Shown: piece by piece, positions 12,717 to 22,751 of the stretch
Layout: each line of letters opens with the position of its first letter
Numbering within the stretch: position 1 is the first letter of the stretch
Assembly: GCF_004010195.1 (NCBI RefSeq)
Contig: NC_057718.1
Location: forward strand, 102,284,079-102,348,078
Direction: 5' to 3'
Origin: Chiloscyllium plagiosum
Lineage: Eukaryota
Length of the DNA stretch: 64,000 nt
Position numbers and translations under genes: made by a program
The notes under the pieces: model-generated
Seen by the model: the letters and a program-made list of their open reading frames with translations, nothing else
Told to the model about the DNA's origin: nothing
Databases searched by the model: none

Positions 12717-15011
12717 GGATCCAAGATGGCGGCGACTTAGCAAGTCTGAGTCTATAGTACTCCTCCCAAGACTTGGGCAAAGTGGGCCACCCACCTCTAC
12801 CACACTTACCAAATCATTTAAAATAGTTTTTACTTAATGTAATTAGTTGCTCAGTACTAAATTTAAACAGTCTACTCTCCTGTAAAAATGACTAGGGGGA
12901 AAGGAGCCCGCAGTTCTCAGCAGGGAGGAGCCCCTCCCCCACTCTCCCCAGCTGCAGCAGAGGCGTCCGCAGCCACCCTGGGGGACTTACCTACAGTGGC
13001 GAGCCTTGTGGAAATAATCTCCAAACTTGATGCGAAGATCGATGCTTTCATTGAAGAGTCCCGGAGCCGATGGGACTCACTCTTGGCCGCGCAACAAAAG
13101 CACGACTGAGACATCGAGGAAATCGAGCACTGAGTCAGAGGGGCGGAGTTAAAGGCCGCAACCTGCGAGGCCATTGCAGAATCGCCATGGATCGGGTCCG
13201 GACTCTTGAACAACAGGTCTGGACCTTAGAGAATCACACTGACGACCTCGAGAATCGAGGTCGTCAAAAAAAAATTTGTTTGCTGGGCCTTCCTGAACGG
13301 GAAGAAGAAGGCCAGCTTAGTGTTCCTCGAGCAGTGGCTTCCACAGCTGTTAAATCTGGAGGCTGGATCAGGCCAGGTAAGGGTGGAATGGGCCTACCGG
13401 GTTGTAGTGCATGGGCCCAGCTCGAACCACCGCCCCCGCCCGGTCCTGTTCCGGCTGCAGAGCTACAAGGAGGCAGATGCTCTTGAAAGCTTCCAGAAAT
13501 CTTGGGAAAGATCCCTAAGCCATGATTTATAAAGGATCCAAGATTATGTTATTCCAGGACTTTTCCCCAGCTTTGGTCTGAAAGAGGAAGGCGTTTGACG
13601 AAGCAAAGAAGTGCTTAAGGGACTTAAATATTCAGTACTCCTTGCGCTATCCAGCTACTCTACGCTTCAGCCATGAAGGGTCCGTGTATAACTTCGGATC
13701 GCTGGAGAAGGCCAAGGAATTTTTGGACTCTCTTAGATAAATTGAAAGAGTTAATTGATGTTGTTTTGCCCTCCCTCCCACCCGGGTTTAGCCCCCTTTT
13801 TTTCCTTTCATTACCTTACTGTTTAATATTATCTCCGGGGGTGGGGAGAGGGGTTTACTTATTTATTCTTTACTTAGCAATTTTCTCCCCCTTTTTTAAC
13901 TAGGCCAGGGGGTCTAGTTAATGTAGGTAGGGGGGGGGGGGGGGGGGGAAGGTGGTTACCTTATCCTATTTTTTCATACTGCTTGATATTTTCTTTATCC
14001 TATCATGGGGTGCCTGGGTCAAGGGTGGGGCACTGGTTGGGAGAGGTTATGACGGGCTTTTGGAAAGGAAGTGATGCCCCCTGGGAACAAGGAGGAAGAT
14101 CTCCGTTTAAATATATTTTTTTATTTAGAAATAGTTTTTTATTATATTGATCTGAGTGTATTAAAGACCCTTTATTTTTGTGAATTTTATATGCTCGGGA
14201 TGTTTTGGATAGGGTTTCTTCTCTCGAGGTTAATCAGTCGATTAAATGGTGCACCTGGAATGTCACGGGGAGTAATTCACCAATCAAAAGGAGGAGAATA
14301 TTATCAAACCTCAAAAAGAAAGGGTTGATATAGCTCTCCTTTAGGAGACACATTTATTGGACAAAGAACACCTGAAATTATGACAGGAAAGAGATTATTT
14401 TCCATTCTCTCTTTCTGTGCAAGGAAATACATTTTAGTAAACTGGGTGGCTGAGGGCCCTCATGGACTTTCGAATTGGCACAGAATTCTTTTGGAATATA
14501 CTCCCCCTGACTTCCTTACAAATATGGTGCAACAAAAAAAACAAATGATTCCACAAAATATGGCAGCCCTTCTTGAATTACACAAATATAGGTATTTTGG
14601 TTATCCTAACAAGGGCCTTTATTTAATTGAGAGGGTGAACCTGGCTGGTCCGGGGCTCCTTGGGAGAGGAATCCCACACGAATACGGGTTTTGTTATGAT
14701 CTGATGTTAACACATTCCGAGCATGTATCTGACTACTCAATTTCTGTGTTATCCATCGTTTATTTTTTTCTCTTGAATAATGTAAGAGATTTAATCATAC
14801 ACTCTGGTTAGTTGTAGGTTAGATGAGTAGTTAGTTGAGTTTTGTTTTGTTTTCCTCTTGGTGTTTCTTTTTTTTCTGTTTGATAGATTTTGGCTATTAT
14901 TTATTTAAGATTTAATTGTATATCAATGATTATACTTGGGTTTTTTTAAGTTTTCTTTTGTAAAAGTGTAAAAACATGTTAAATTTTCAATAAAAATATC
15001 TATTAAAAAAA
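12717..15011 (+). mobile_element. L1-clade LINE with disrupted ORF1 and almost wholly deleted ORF2
   Basis: 5' end gggggatccaagatggcggc. ORF1 motifs DDLENRGRQKKICLLGLPE, RPRPVLFRL, FQDFS, LRYPA. ORF2 N-terminus (TWNVTG...IALL-ETHL) is fused to the ORF2 C-terminus. AATAAA and A-tail; TSD tgttaatggg at 12707-12716 / 15013-15022. Confidence 0.9.
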
Positions 15012-17238
15012 CTGTTAATGGGTAGATGGGGAAACGGAGAGAAAGGCAGTGTAAGAAGTAGAAGATTCAGCTACCAGCAGAGTCTGTGGCCTTGTAAATG
15101 GAGAGAAGAGTGAAGAGATAGTAAAGCGAGGGGGATTGGGGAGCAGGGCGGTGTTGGAGAGGACTGGTGGTGGGCTTAACCGTAGCATCAGCACACCTCA
15201 GGTGAGGGGAGAGAGACTTTGAAAAGCAGTATCTTTCATGATAACCTCATGGGATTGAGCCCACACTTTTGATATCAGCCTGCACCACCAACCAACCCCC
15301 ATGTCAGACATGTATGTGTATGTAGCAGAGGTTTTTTTTAAAAAAAGGGGATAAGTGAGAGAAGTTGTACAATAACAAGGTAAGTGCGAGGGTGCGTAGA
15401 ATTCCAGAGGCTATGGCTGCCTTGAAGCTCACAATGCCAAAATTTAGCTTGTGACTCCATATGGCGTTGTCACCCCTCACTTTGGAAAGCCCTGATCCAA
15501 ATCATTAAACTGGCTTCAACTGTGAGAGGTGAGCTCCAAACCAAACTGGAAACCCAGAACAATTTACACATTTTGAGTTGATTTTCTTCCTGTTTGATCG
15601 TCTGTCAACACAAATATCATAGCGCCAATAACTGAACAGTTGAAATTATGTCAGATGACAATCAAAAAGCAAATATTGTTAAGTGCCTCCAGAACAAACT
15701 GTCCTGGGAGGAACTTGTTCTGCACTGTCAACCAATTTTTTTTTTTGCTTTTTCATTTAGGAACCATTAATAGATGTTAAGAGGTGAACTTGTAGATAAT
15801 CGTTCAAATTCTGCAATCTGACTGCTTTCAGTAGTTTGGAAGCACAGCACTATCAGTTTCAAGCTGAAATATTACCCAGTTTTTCACTGAAGTCCTCCAG
15901 TGTAAATATTGCAATAATCTAGACTTGAAAATACTAAAACAAAAACATGCCATTAAATCTAGCCTAAGTAATGTTCAACAGAACAAAAGTTCAGCTTTAG
16001 TGGGGACATGAAACTGTAGTGTGGGAGTTCAATTTTATTGTCATTACTGGGGCGGTACAGCAATTAACTCCTATTGAGTTACACTTCCTGTCCAGTCTGC
16101 AGGATGTTATTAACAACTGGAGTTACATTTTGATGACAATGAAATGGCATTGAGAAAATATGTTGAAATATTTTGTCCCTGACCATGGCCTGAAAAATCA
16201 ACGAATGCATGATCTGGTCATAAAGGTTGACTTTTCAGGAGCACAACAGGCAGTGGGAAATCAGAAAATGTTGTTTGCATCTATAAAGACACCACATTAT
16301 TGCTGAGTATGATTTACCGGTAGACTTTGTGGACTGATAAACCTCCCTGAAACAGAGCCAGAGGTCCATTCAAACATCACAAACCACTGACATAAGATGA
16401 AACAATTTTAGAACTGATGAACTCCTGTACTGGTGGTCACTGTTTCAAAATGAGAGGTCACCCACTTAAGGCAGAGAGGGAGAAATTCTCTCACAGAGGA
16501 TATTGCCTCTTTGGAACTCTCCTACACAAAAGCCATTGGAAGCTGACATCTTGAATATTTTGAGGCAGATGTAGCTAGATTTTGATAAGGGGGAGAAAGG
16601 TTATCAAAGTAAGTGGGAAGGTGGAGTAATCAATTCCGTTTTGGTCTTGCTGCATGATAGAATAGGGCTCAAAGAGCTGAATGATCTTATTTTGCTTCAA
16701 AATTTGTATATTGTCCATTTGCAGTTCCAGTGAGCTTGGTATTTCTCAGTTTGGCTACAATTAAATCCACAGGCAACTATTAAAAGGCTAAAAGAATTAT
16801 AATTCTTTTTTGAGGTGCATTTTTTACATTGGAGTTCCTTTATTAGCTTTGACGCTGTGTTTGGTTTTTCACTTCTTTCAGAAGAACGAACTTTCTTTTC
16901 CCCCAGCAGCTCAGTAGAAACGAGAGTTCGGTTCAGAAGGGACAACAGTTTTCTCTGAACAGGGGAACCAGTCATTCTAGCTTCCAAACTAGGAGAGTTT
17001 GTATAAAATTCTTCAATTAGTTAGAACAGAGAAAGTTTTGGCCATCGGAATTGTGAAAAGTTCATGGCAATAGAATTGGAAAGGAATTAAACAGTTGAGT
17101 AAAAACATTAAATAGTTGACACACAAGCATATTTCTCTGAAATTAAGCATCTTGAAAAGGATAATGTTGGGAAATAGCTTGAAACTTTGTTTTGCAGTTC
17201 ACGTTAAGATCTTTCTATCACATTGATATAGCATTTAA

Positions 17239-17660
17239 TGTTAAAAATCACAACACCAGGTTACTGTCCTACAGGCTTACTTGGAAGCACAAGCTTTCGC
17301 AGCGCTGCTCCTTCATCATGTAGCTGTGGAGCAGGATCATAAGACACAGAATTTATAGCAAAAGATTACAGCATCATGCAACTGAAATTATGTATTGAAC
17401 AAATCTAGCTTGCTGTTAATAATGGGTTGCAGGTTTCAGTTCATTAATATGTAAATCTCAGAACTTCTTTTAAGTCACATTCCTGAGATAACTTATTTTA
17501 TTAAAAAAAGTGACATCTCAGCTCAGACAATGAGTGCATTAAAGGTGTGAGGTTAGAGTCTGGCTATATCTTAATCTTGAGTCAGACTAGTTCTATTTGC
17601 ATAGTGGAATTTATAAAATATTACATGGATTGACTGCCTGCAGACTGTGCGCTTTTTGAG
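17239..17660 (-). mobile_element. Penelope pseudo-LTR-type fragment, same family as 33195-33460
   Basis: Reverse-complement similarity to 33200-33460, including ATGATGAAGGAGCAGCGCTGCGAAAGCTT on the minus strand. Confidence 0.8.
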
Positions 17661-18225
17661 TATTCTGGGGTACGACTTGTTCAGTATTACGATCTTAGAA
17701 TAATGAAACAGCCCAACGAAATTCCTACATGTAACAAGATAGGTGAATGTATCAACTAATCAGTCTCTATCCTAATGGACACTTCAATCATTTATGCATC
17801 TAAAAATTATTAAACTTATCATTTCAACCATTACGCCAAACTGATTTGGCCTTCAGCCTCTTAATTATGTAGTTCATGAATACCAAATATAAATGCATTA
17901 GCATCTGAAAAATAGATAAGTACATTTATTTGAATTCTTCTGTTATATCCATTAGAAAAGAAACATTTATTTTCTGTAGGCCACAAATATAGATCTAAAG
18001 ATTCATTTAATGCTTCAGATTCATTACACTATTCATAACCAATCTTCTCTTGTATGTCTTCCATTTAACTCTAATGCCTTTGATTCTATCTGCCAATTTT
18101 TATATGTCACCAGAATTGCCCTTTAAATCCAGTCATTAGATGTAGATTAGACACGATCTTAAGAGAACGGCAAAACAGGCTCAAGAGGCTTATATGATCT
18201 ACTCTTGCTCCTATTCCTTATGATC

Positions 18226-18456
18226 CAAGTCCAGATTAGAATGTGCTGGAAAAGCACAGCAGGTCAGGCAGCATCTGAGGAGCAGGAAAATCGATGTTTT
18301 GGGCAAAAGCCCTTCATCAGGAATCCATTCCTGATGAAGGGCTTTTGCCCGAAACGTCGATTTTCCTGCTCCTCAGATGCTGCCTGACCTGCTGTGCTTT
18401 TCCAGCACCACTCTAATCTAGACTCTGGTTTCCAGCATCTGCAGTCCCCACTTTTG
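18226..18456. mobile_element. Palindromic short retroelement (Penelope-derived) carrying hammerhead motifs on both strands
   Basis: Near-perfect inverted repeat centred on ggaat-cc-attcc; TSD ccttatgatc at 18216-18225 / 18457-18466. Confidence 0.88.
18327..18362 (+). ncRNA. Minimal type-I hammerhead ribozyme motif (intact core)
   Basis: attc CTGATGA A GGGC-TTTT-GCCC GAAA CG TC gatt. All core nucleotides are present, with a palindromic ACGT at helix III; predicted cleavage after 18358. Confidence 0.7.
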
Positions 18457-18715
18457 CCTTATGATCTAACACCATATTCATGTGTGCTCTTAGTCAAATA
18501 TCATTTTGAATGTTAATAGAGCAAAACACTAAAACAGATGCAATTTTGAATCACAGAAAATTTATACGTAGGTACTGCAGGTGAATAAGGTGGCTAGTGA
18601 AATCTTGATGTTTATTACAAGAGGAATTAAATCAGTGTTTCTAAAGCTCTACTGGGTATTAGTAAGACTATACTTGGAGGATTGTGCCCTGTTTTAATCT
18701 CTTTATTTAAGACAA

Positions 18716-19056
18716 GGGGTGCACGGTGGCTCAGTGGTTGGCCCTGCTGCCTTACAGTGCCAGAGACCCTGGTTCGATTCCAGCCTCAGACGACTGTGTG
18801 GAGTTTGCACACTCTCCCGGTGTCTGTATGGGTTTCCTCCGAGTGCTCCGCTTTCCTCCCACAGTCCAAAGATGTGCAGGTTAGGTAAATTGGCCATGTT
18901 AAATTGCCCAGAGTCTACAGGGATGTGCACTTTAGGTGCATTAGTCAGGGGTAAATGGAGAGGAATGGGTCTGGGTGGGTTACTCTTTGGAGGGTCAGTG
19001 TGGACTTGTTGGGGCAAAGGGCCTGTTTTCCACACTGTATGGACTTTGTGATTCTA
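18716..19056 (+). mobile_element. tRNA-derived SINE (HE1/V-SINE-like)
   Basis: gcacggtggctcagtggtt...ggttcgattccagcctc...gggcctgttttccacactgta. Confidence 0.88.
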
Positions 19057-19074
19057 TAAATGGTAGGTTACTAG

Positions 19075-19515
19075 ATGCTCAGAGGAAAAAGGAATCTTGA
19101 GTTGTTTGCCCACAGATCCCTGAAGGCTGTACAAAAAAAATTGATAGGGTGGTTAAGGCGGCACATGGGACACTCCATCATTCATGACAGGGATAACAAG
19201 AGCAGGCAGGTCATGTTGGGGCTGTACAAAACTTTGGTTAGGCTGCAGCTGAGGTACTGTGAGCAGCTCTGGTCTCCACGCTATAGGATATGATTGCACT
19301 GGAGTGGGTGCAAAGGAGATTCACCTGGATGTTGCCTGGAATGAAGCATTTTAACGATGTAGACAAGCTAGATAAGATCAGATTGCTTTCTTCAGAGCAA
19401 AGAAGGCTGAGGAGGCACTTGTTTGAGAGGTATAAAATTACAAGGGGCATGGATAAGGTGGATAGAAAGCAGTTGCTCCCTTTTTGAAGGGTCAATCACG
19501 AGGGGACATAATTTT
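19075..19515 (+). mobile_element. CR1 LINE fragment
   Basis: LYKTLVRLQLRYCEQLWSP; LEWVQRRFTWMLPG. Confidence 0.85.
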
Positions 19516-20217
19516 AATTCCTTTTCTCCAAAAAAAACACAATACAAATTTTATTTCAATGAACGTGCTGAATATTTTTCAGATTTCAAAATTTGAAGTT
19601 TCGAAATAGAAAATGCTGCAAGCCGAGAATAATATTCTGTGAGCACAATTCTTCCTAAGGCAAGGTGAGATATTTGGGAAGAAGCTCTTGGCAAAAATAT
19701 TCATTCCAAATTTACATTTCTGGGAAAGACCAAGACTTTTAATTAAAATCTTTAATGGAAGCATTAAAAGACACATTAATAGCTAAATGCAATAACTCTG
19801 TTGTGGAATGTGCCATTTAAACTAAAACATTTTAAGTCTAATTCTAAAAGTTAGTGCAAGATGAGAAATTCAGAAGTTATTTTGAATGATTGTATCTCTG
19901 ATGGTTGTAGTGGTTACTGTGTCTCAGTAATCACAAGTTTGTCGATATTTTAGTAGGTGCCAATGAGCCACCACATCCTCACATAACAAATTTAAAATAT
20001 GTAGTGAGCCAACACAGCAACTCAAACTAGCAAGACAATTTGTACATGGCTGAAAATGATGTTTTGTTGAAGTTTTTTTTTGCCCTGCATTATTCAGGAT
20101 AATTAGCAAGAATACCAATTCAACAGGAAGAACACCACATACTGTATAGGAGGAGAATACAGACTGGTTGGTAAGTGGACTCTGATTGGTTGACATGTTA
20201 ATGATGTCTGACACTGC

Positions 20218-20260
20218 TTGCAAATTGCCCTGATGAATGCAAATTGAAACATTTTGGCAA
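20218..20260 (+). ncRNA. Hammerhead-like motif with possible pseudoknot, another family
   Basis: ttgca aa ttgcc CTGATGA ATGCAAATT GAAA CATT TT ggcaa. 5-bp stem I (ttgcc/ggcaa); loop II TGCAA is complementary to upstream TTGCA; stems II and III are decayed. Confidence 0.5.
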
Positions 20261-20512
20261 AATGTCTTTCTTTAGCAATAATCATTTTCATATTACCAAA
20301 AGAATTAAGTGCATACTGTATTGACAAATCTGTACACCAATTATTTTCCAAGCCAGCTTCATTTAAACAAAATCCCACATGATAAAAATAATTATTTCAA
20401 ATATATATCCAACCTACAAGGTAAAAAGATGTTATGATTTTAACCTATTTTTGGTTTATCTAGAAGCAGTGCACATTACAGAGAAATTCAACTGCAATCA
20501 ACGATACTGCCT

Positions 20513-20830
20513 TTAGATTAGATTAGATTACATTACAGTGTGGAAACAGGCCCTTCGGCCCAACAAGTCCACACTGCCCCGCCGAAGCGCAACCCACCCA
20601 TACCTCTACATTTACCCCTTACCTAACACTACGGGCAATTTAGCATGGCCAATTCACCTGACCTGCACATCTTTGGACTGTGGGAGGAAACCGGAGCACC
20701 CGGAGGAAACCCACGCAGACACGGGGAGAACGTGCAAACTCCACACAGTCAGTCGCCTGAGGCGGGAATTGAACCCGGGTCTCTGGCGCCGTGAGGCAGC
20801 AGTGCTAACCACTGTGCCACCGTGCCGCCC
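20513..20830 (-). mobile_element. Young tRNA-derived SINE (HE1/V-SINE-like)
   Basis: Full length, CpGs retained, (TCTAA)n tail; nearly identical to 30251-30568. Confidence 0.93.
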
Positions 20831-21155
20831 ACTTTAAATAATGGTCATGAGCACGTCACACCAAGATAAGATTTCACTTTTGACTTTCTCGCCATACCAC
20901 TGTTGACAACTAAAGAGCCTTGCCACGTAGAAAGAAATTGCCAGATTTACTGGGGAATTGGACAGGAAGGGACTCTGAAAGTGGTATTTTACTGGGATAT
21001 TCACCAGATACATAAAGAAAGTTGAATTTGGAAACATTTTTAAATTAATACATTTCTATCCATTGCAATGCAAAACTCAGCATTTATAGCGACTTTCCAG
21101 ATCCAAGTCCATTCAACACGAACAATGGCGTCACCTTTCCATCAGTTTTAAAACC

Positions 21156-21246
21156 TGATGAATGGCTTTTGCCCAAAACGTCAACTCTCCTGCACCTCGG
21201 ATGCTGCCTGACCTGCTGTGCTTTTCCAACATCACTCTAATTTTGA
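21156..21246 (+). mobile_element. Short hammerhead-family element
   Basis: cctgatgaatggcttttgcccaaaacgtc...; TSD catcagttttaaaacc at 21140-21155 / 21247-21262. Confidence 0.8.
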
Positions 21247-21466
21247 CATCAGTTTTAAAACCCTATTAATCTATAGGACCATCATCAGCATCAGCCTTCT
21301 CTTCAGTAGCAGCACTGTTACAAATGCACATTCAGCTGGTGACCAACAGGAATTCTGTTATTGGGGGAAATGGAAGGAGGAGTGCTAAAAGCCCCTTGTA
21401 TTGAGTGCACACTGCAGAGAACCCACAGAGGTTAGTTTCAGAGTCACCTTGGTGGTTAGGTAGTCA

Positions 21467-21582
21467 AGGAGAAAGTGAGGACTGGAGATCAGAGTTGAGA
21501 GTGTGTAGTGCAGGAAAAGCACAGTAGGTCAGGCAGCATCTGAGGAGCAAGAGGATCAGGCATAAGCTCTTCATCAGGAATG
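21467..21582 (-). mobile_element. Short hammerhead-family element
   Basis: Minus strand starts cattcctgatgaagagcttatgcc; TSD aggtagtca at 21458-21466 / 21583-21591. Confidence 0.78.
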
Positions 21583-21825
21583 AGGTAGTCAGACCTACAC
21601 CAACCATAGAGGAAGGATGGCTGCCAAGATCAGAAGTTGAAATTAGCATTAAACACCTCAATGCATTAGTGCACCGCTCCAATCTGAAACAGTTCAGCCA
21701 GATAAGGCTAGACATCCCTTTCAGATTCCAGGAATTCCATTGAGACCACAGCAATTTGTAGGCATTTCTGTGATCAAATTAGAACTTTGAAGTCAGTCAC
21801 ATAGATTTTTTTTCTTTAAATTTGT

Positions 21826-21831
21826 TTTATT
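21826..21831 (-). terminator. Candidate polyadenylation signal (AATAAA) for APLF; 3' UTR about 0.73 kb
   Basis: First AATAAA I found on the minus strand downstream of the APLF stop, after a repeat-poor stretch. Confidence 0.45.
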
Positions 21832-22551
21832 GCTTTACATCTGAACTCAAACAGACTGGTTGCTGGAAAAATGCACACCTAAGGAGGCATTAGGCATTCA
21901 AAAACAATGTGCACTCTGGCCAAAAAATGTATATTCTTCACTGCCTCTCTAGTACAAACCAGAGGTGTTTTGCAAATTTTACTAAGCAGTTGAACTTAAT
22001 TCCAGTGGGCATGCTTGAATCAGTTGACAAATGTGGACACTAACTCCACAGTAAAACTCCAAAACTGCTTGAGGTTTGGCTCTTTCTTTACCTGTCATTG
22101 AGGTCCTCTTTAAATGAAAGACAAAATTAGACTTTGCACTTCAGTTGCCAAAACCTGAGGACTCTTGTGCTAGCACATGTAGCTTGCTAGGACAGCTAAA
22201 AAGTCCAAAAATAATCCCCTTGTTTTCACTAGTACAATGGTAGCAATAAACTGAAATATCACTCCTTAATGCTTATCTAGCAACAAGCAAAATTCTGAAA
22301 GCTTTATGTCCTTCCCCTAACTATCCATCAAAGCAGACACTGAAAAGGCTCAAATTCCATTTCCAGAACTCAGTGAACTAATAATTTTAAAGTGACAGAT
22401 GATTCAAACCTATATATGAATTAGTAACAAGAGTGCAATCATGTGATTCTGAACATAAGTTAATTCAAGCCAATAAACGTCAGTGCTAGTGCAATCAGAA
22501 AGAAAACAGATTCTCTCAGTGCTCCAAGTTGAAAGGTACAAAAAACAAGTT

Positions 22552-22751
22552 TCATTTTTTATTTCTTACAAATCTATTAGCTTCTTTTGTTAGTGTTTCA
22601 ATATCTTCATCACTATCTGAATTTGGCTCCCAATCAGAATCCTCATCAGTTGGTTCCAGATCCTCCTCTTCATCGTCAATAAAGCTATCATTCAGGTCAT
22701 ACTGGTTAGGTTCACCATCATCATCACTCTCACCATTCAGACCTCTTTTAT
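22552..22751 (-). CDS. APLF: APLF last coding exon: acidic NAP1-like histone-chaperone domain and stop
   Basis: ttcttctgccag|ATAAAAGAGGT...; TGA at 22554-22552. ORF 22552-22782 contains NQYDLNDSFIDDEEEDLEPTDEDSDWEP. Confidence 0.96.

Noticed and set aside
13930..13948. Poly-G runs (also 10176-10199) as functional G-quadruplexes
   Set aside because: Homopolymers inside TE sequence with unreliable length; no evidence of function.
20538..20837. Repeated ORF 'MWKQALRPNKST...' (also 30132-30595, 18682-19051)
   Set aside because: Translations of SINE sequence, not genes.
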